DNA of 64,000 nucleotides from Candidatus Poribacteria bacterium (GTDB lineage Bacteria; Poribacteria; WGA-4E; WGA-3G): NCBI GenBank assembly GCA_965198235.1, contig OZ240248.1, positions 1,856,001 to 1,920,000 of the forward strand, read 5' to 3'. Shown piece by piece: positions 60,131 to 64,000 of this stretch (position 1 is its first letter; each line of letters starts with the position of its first letter). The notes under the pieces were generated by a model. It saw only the letters and a program-made list of their open reading frames with translations, ran no database searches and was not told where the DNA came from. The position numbers and the translations under genes were made by a program.

Positions 60131-60311
60131 AAAGAGGTTCCCTATTTCTTCTACAGCACGCCGTGTTATATAATTTTGGGTTTTCTAAGCGGCAAAAAAG
60201 ATTAAATTTCGACACATATATGATATACTATTTCGGCAAAGCTTGCAAGCACATATTTGGCACTCACGATTTCTTTTCTGACCGTAATCTTCCCATCAAG
60301 GACTTTGTAGA

Positions 60312-60605
60312 TTAACGTGAATTTCGACTTAAGCGCGTAGGTTGGGTTGAACGGAAATGGACTAAAAAACCGCCCCCAGAAAATGATTTTCAAAATTCAT
60401 CGAGAGACCTGAAATCACCAAAATACGAGTGAAACCCAACGCATTTTCATACCTCCAGTGCTTGAGTGTTGGGTTTCGCTATATCTAATTATACGAATAG
60501 GTCATCGAAAAGTAGAATTCTCTGTATAAACAAGGTAGATCTTGGCCTTCTACCGCTCAACCCAACCTACGTCCACACTCGCAATTTTATTATCGAACTC
60601 ACGTG
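60312..60605. mobile_element. Uninterrupted copy of the long REPIN/MITE-like element
   Basis: Outer acgtga.ttcga / tcgaactcacgt and inner GTAGGTTGGGTTGA / TCAACCCAACCTAC inverted repeats. Confidence 0.75.
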
Positions 60606-60685
60606 AGATTACACACTTTCCACGCCAATAGAAGTAAAAAGGGGTTTACGACTCACAGATTGCGGGCATTCCATAGGAGAATTTG

Positions 60686-61569
60686 ATGGAAAATAAAAAT
60701 CCCTTAGACTCTGAGCAAATCAACACAAGCGAAGATGATGTGACGGCTTGGGCATTACCCGAAGGCGCGATTGCGCGATTGGGACACGGTCTTTTGCAGG
60801 TGCTGGCATTTTCCGCAGACGGACACTACCTCGCCATCGGAACAAGGGTCGGACTCTGGTTGTATGAAGTGGTAACAATGTCGCCTGTCGCATTATGGGG
60901 AACGGAGCGCGGTGCATGGAGAGCCACTTTTTCGCCAAGTGGAAAGTGGATAGCCACCAGCGATTGGGATGAGAATATAAAAGTGTGGGATACACATCGC
61001 TGGACGTGCCTCACAGAGATAACAATGGAGAATTACCCCTCGACATTGGCATTTTCGCCGACACTCAATGGCTCGCTACAAGCCACAGCGAAACTGCTAC
61101 TATCAACATCTGGCACCCGGAAACGGGCGAGATGCTCACAAAATTCACCGGTGAAGCCGAAAAAGGTGGTCGTTTCATGCCTATTGCCTTCTCGCCTGAC
61201 ACTCACCTGATTGCGTCTACAGGTCGTGAGGGTGTAGATAGCAACGGCGAGTCGGTGTTAGTGTGGAGTGTGAAACAACGGGAGTAAATTGCCCGCTTCA
61301 TAGGATACACCAGTTCGATTTATAGCCTCTGCTTTTCTCCGTGCGGTCGTTTCCTTGCCTCCGGTGGCAGAAAAGACGGCACGGTCCGCGTCTGGGACAT
61401 GGTTAATTGTCAACAGACAAAAGCATATACAGGTTACGGTGCCGCTTGCATGGTCCCCTCCTATTCACCAGAGGGCATCCTCCGTGCCACAGCGATCTCT
61501 TATGACGGAATGTTCAAAGACAACGCTATTATCACGGTGTGGAACTTGGAAGATGGGGAAAAACTGTGA
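60686..61569 (+). pseudogene. WD40-repeat protein, disrupted
   Basis: WALPEGAIARLG, AFS.DG..LA, IKVWD; frameshift near 61060, in-frame TAA at 61285, truncated at 61569. Confidence 0.75.
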
Positions 61570-61668
61570 CTTTTTTTCAATTTGGGTGTATACTATTATC
61601 TCAACCCCACAAAACCGACGCAAAACGGTTGAGAGACTGTTTTGCCGTGCCTGATGAGGACAAACGAA

Positions 61669-62484
61669 ATGCCTACGCGGCATCCACTTCTGGAAGTTTC
61701 GGAAGTTGATACAAATATCGAAGCATACCTGAAGCAGATCGGCGAAATCACGTATCGGTTTCCGGAGCACGATTCAAGATGTCAATCATTCCGAGCGGTG
61801 GTGGATAACCAACGTTGGTTCGTCAAACACGGTGACACATCACAAACCATCACATGGCTCAAGCAAGCCGTTCGTTTCCACACGGCTGTCCAGCATGAGG
61901 CACTCCCTCGATTGCACAACGCCTTCGTTACATCCGATGGGTTCGCACTGGTCTACAATTGGATAGATGGCGAGGGTTTACGTCCTGAAAGGGAACTGGA
62001 TCCCAATGAAATACACCCGCGTGACAGGTTCTGTGCGTTGCCAGCAGCTGAGATAATTGATGCACTCAACGTCATCTATGATGTCCATATCCTTATTGAA
62101 AAACGAGGGTTTATCGCTGAAGACTTTTACGACGGCTGCATCATTTATGACTTTGAGAAGAGGCGGATACACCTGTTCGATTTCGACTTCTACCATCCGG
62201 GACCGTTCATAAATGATCAGGGGCAGTTATACGGCTCAAGTCGATTCATGGCACCGGAGGAATTCCAAAAAGGCGCGCACATTGACGAAAGGACGAACGT
62301 TTTTATGTTAGGACGGACAGCGTTCGTGTTGCTTGCCAACAACAGCGACTCACGAGATGACTGGAAAGGGAACGATGCCATGTGGCACGTCGCGAGAAAA
62401 GCAACAAATCCAGACAAACAGCTGAGGCATCAATCTGTCCAAGAGTTCGTTTCGGCGTGGCATACCGCAATTGCTGATTTTTAA
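61669..62484 (+). CDS. Protein kinase-like protein
   Basis: WFVK, EDFYDG, FDFD, YGSSRFMAPEE, DERTNVFMLG. Confidence 0.75.
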   Translation: MPTRHPLLEVSEVDTNIEAYLKQIGEITYRFPEHDSRCQSFRAVVDNQRWFVKHGDTSQTITWLKQAVRFHTAVQHEALPRLHNAFVTSDGFALVYNWIDGEGLRPERELDPNEIHPRDRFCALPAAEIIDALNVIYDVHILIEKRGFIAEDFYDGCIIYDFEKRRIHLFDFDFYHPGPFINDQGQLYGSSRFMAPEEFQKGAHIDERTNVFMLGRTAFVLLANNSDSRDDWKGNDAMWHVARKATNPDKQLRHQSVQEFVSAWHTAIADF

Positions 62485-62696
62485 TTTATTGGCCTCTGGG
62501 CCGCTCTCCATTCCATTACGAGCGGGTTTTCGATTAACTCCAACTGCCCATATTGTCCCGTAAGCCTCTATAGGCTTGCGCAGAAAGGTGTTTGGACTTA
62601 ATCAGAAACCATCGCGTTTCGTAGTGGATCGGTGCCCAGGTGCCCATAGTTAAGAAAATCAAATGGAATGATGCCCAGGAGGCCCATAGTTAAAAA

Positions 62697-63557
62697 ATGC
62701 GAAAAATTACTGACAACGAAATCCAATTCTTCAACGATAACGGCTATCTCATCCTGAAAGGTGTAATCCAATCGGATGAACTTGCCGTTATACAACGCGA
62801 AAGTCAACGGCTGATTGATGAGATTTTGGCGGGTGGACCGGCAGATCCATGGTGTAACCGTGGACCAGAAGGGATTCCTTACTACCTGACCTATCTGCAC
62901 TCTCATCCGAACGAGTTCTCTCTGCGACTGTTAGGGCATCCATCCGTCGGCGATCTGCTCCATCGGATAGTCGGACCCGATTTCATTCCATGTTATGAAT
63001 CTCTTGTCTTCAAATTGCCGAAACACGGTTCCTCCGTTCGGTGGCATAGAGACGGCAACGCAATCCGTGAGAATCATCCGATTTTCAACATCGATATATA
63101 CATAGACGACTCCACCGTCGATAACGGATGTGTCTGGGTAATCCCGAAGAGCCACCTCTGGGGGATCGAAGAGGCGCAGGAGGTTATTGACAGGGGTGAA
63201 GTCAATTTTGAACGCGAAGACGCAGTGCCAGCAGAAGTTGAACCGGGTGACATTCTGCTCCACCATACCAAGGTCTTGCACGGCAGTAAAATCAACACGA
63301 GCGGTACGCTTCGTCGGGTCATTTACTTCGATCAGCGGACACCGCGATGGAACGAACGGTATAAATGGTGGCAAACGGAGTTCTTGACACAACGCTGCAA
63401 ACTCTATCAACGCGCCCTTCACGAACGCCGAACGAATCCTTATCCGTTGGATACCGAGCAGTTTGATTACAAGGTGCCATCAGATATGCCGACCTGGGAT
63501 CCGGAGGAGAATTTCGATCTGCGGATTCAGCACCGTGCATATGCGTATCAAGAGTAG
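62697..63557 (+). CDS. Phytanoyl-CoA dioxygenase (PhyH) family protein
   Basis: WHRD, NGCVWVIPKSH, PGDILLH, LHGS, RR. Confidence 0.85.
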   Translation: MRKITDNEIQFFNDNGYLILKGVIQSDELAVIQRESQRLIDEILAGGPADPWCNRGPEGIPYYLTYLHSHPNEFSLRLLGHPSVGDLLHRIVGPDFIPCYESLVFKLPKHGSSVRWHRDGNAIRENHPIFNIDIYIDDSTVDNGCVWVIPKSHLWGIEEAQEVIDRGEVNFEREDAVPAEVEPGDILLHHTKVLHGSKINTSGTLRRVIYFDQRTPRWNERYKWWQTEFLTQRCKLYQRALHERRTNPYPLDTEQFDYKVPSDMPTWDPEENFDLRIQHRAYAYQE

Positions 63558-63783
63558 CACAAAGCTCCTATAGATGCGGCTCAAAGCCGTGCCTACGACT
63601 AACTTGCACGCTACGCTGACAAGAGATGAAAACGTTGCAGACTTCGTGAATTGTGATAACGACCAGATCAGTTGGAGTTCAGACTTAGTTAAAATCTCAA
63701 TCGGTAGAAGAGACGTGAAGGTTGCGAGAAACCGCCTGCCGACAACGGAAGACAGGCGAGCAGAAAGGCACATGGTTAAAAAA

Positions 63784-64000
63784 ATGAACGTTCTACTTGT
63801 AGGTGGTTCGGGACACGTTGGAACGATGACGCTCCCTTACATGAAGAGCCATCACAATTTTCGAGTCCTTGACCTCAATCCGCCCAAAGACACATCTATT
63901 GATTACATCCAAGGATCCGTTACCGATCCCGTTATCGTTCAGGAAGCGTTGAGAGGGATGGACACGTTAGTCTATATGGTGATGCTGCAACCGACGAGCG
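63784..64000 (+). CDS. NAD-dependent epimerase/dehydratase, 5' part only
   Basis: MNVLLVGGSGHVG...RVLD...GSVTDP; runs off the window end. Confidence 0.75.
   Translation, partial: MNVLLVGGSGHVGTMTLPYMKSHHNFRVLDLNPPKDTSIDYIQGSVTDPVIVQEALRGMDTLVYMVMLQPTS

Overview
Bacterial chromosomal window of about 48% GC (estimated by eye). It most resembles Candidatus Poribacteria, inferred from three PhyH dioxygenases, a sulfatase, a DUF6785-type membrane protein, a WD40 gene with a 'WALPEGAIARLG' leader and a TPR protein. Housekeeping genes (thrB, isoprenyl transferase, rsgA, zapA, aroE, fused IOR, recN, nadK, recG, smc, comF, rhaI) are mixed with a small defence cluster (single-chain RM enzyme, HigB plus a HigA-TPR fusion, broken Phd/VapC), two more TA loci, an IS3 element and an IS200-type tnpA flanked by REP-like repeats. 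Nearly every intergenic space holds nested palindromic repeat or MITE families. Most notable: (1) a HigB toxin whose partner has a HigA toxin-binding N-terminus fused to 13 TPRs instead of an HTH; (2) shuffled A/C-rich short modules inserted into repeat hairpins at five loci; (3) an intact P-type ATPase that has lost all catalytic motifs; (4) an omegaRNA/IS605-like mini-element between the putative RBS and ATG of the isoprenyl transferase; (5) repeats translated in-frame inside NadK, AroE, RecG and the RM enzyme, or abutting start codons. No rRNA, tRNA or CRISPR array was recognised. All calls are by eye, without database searches.
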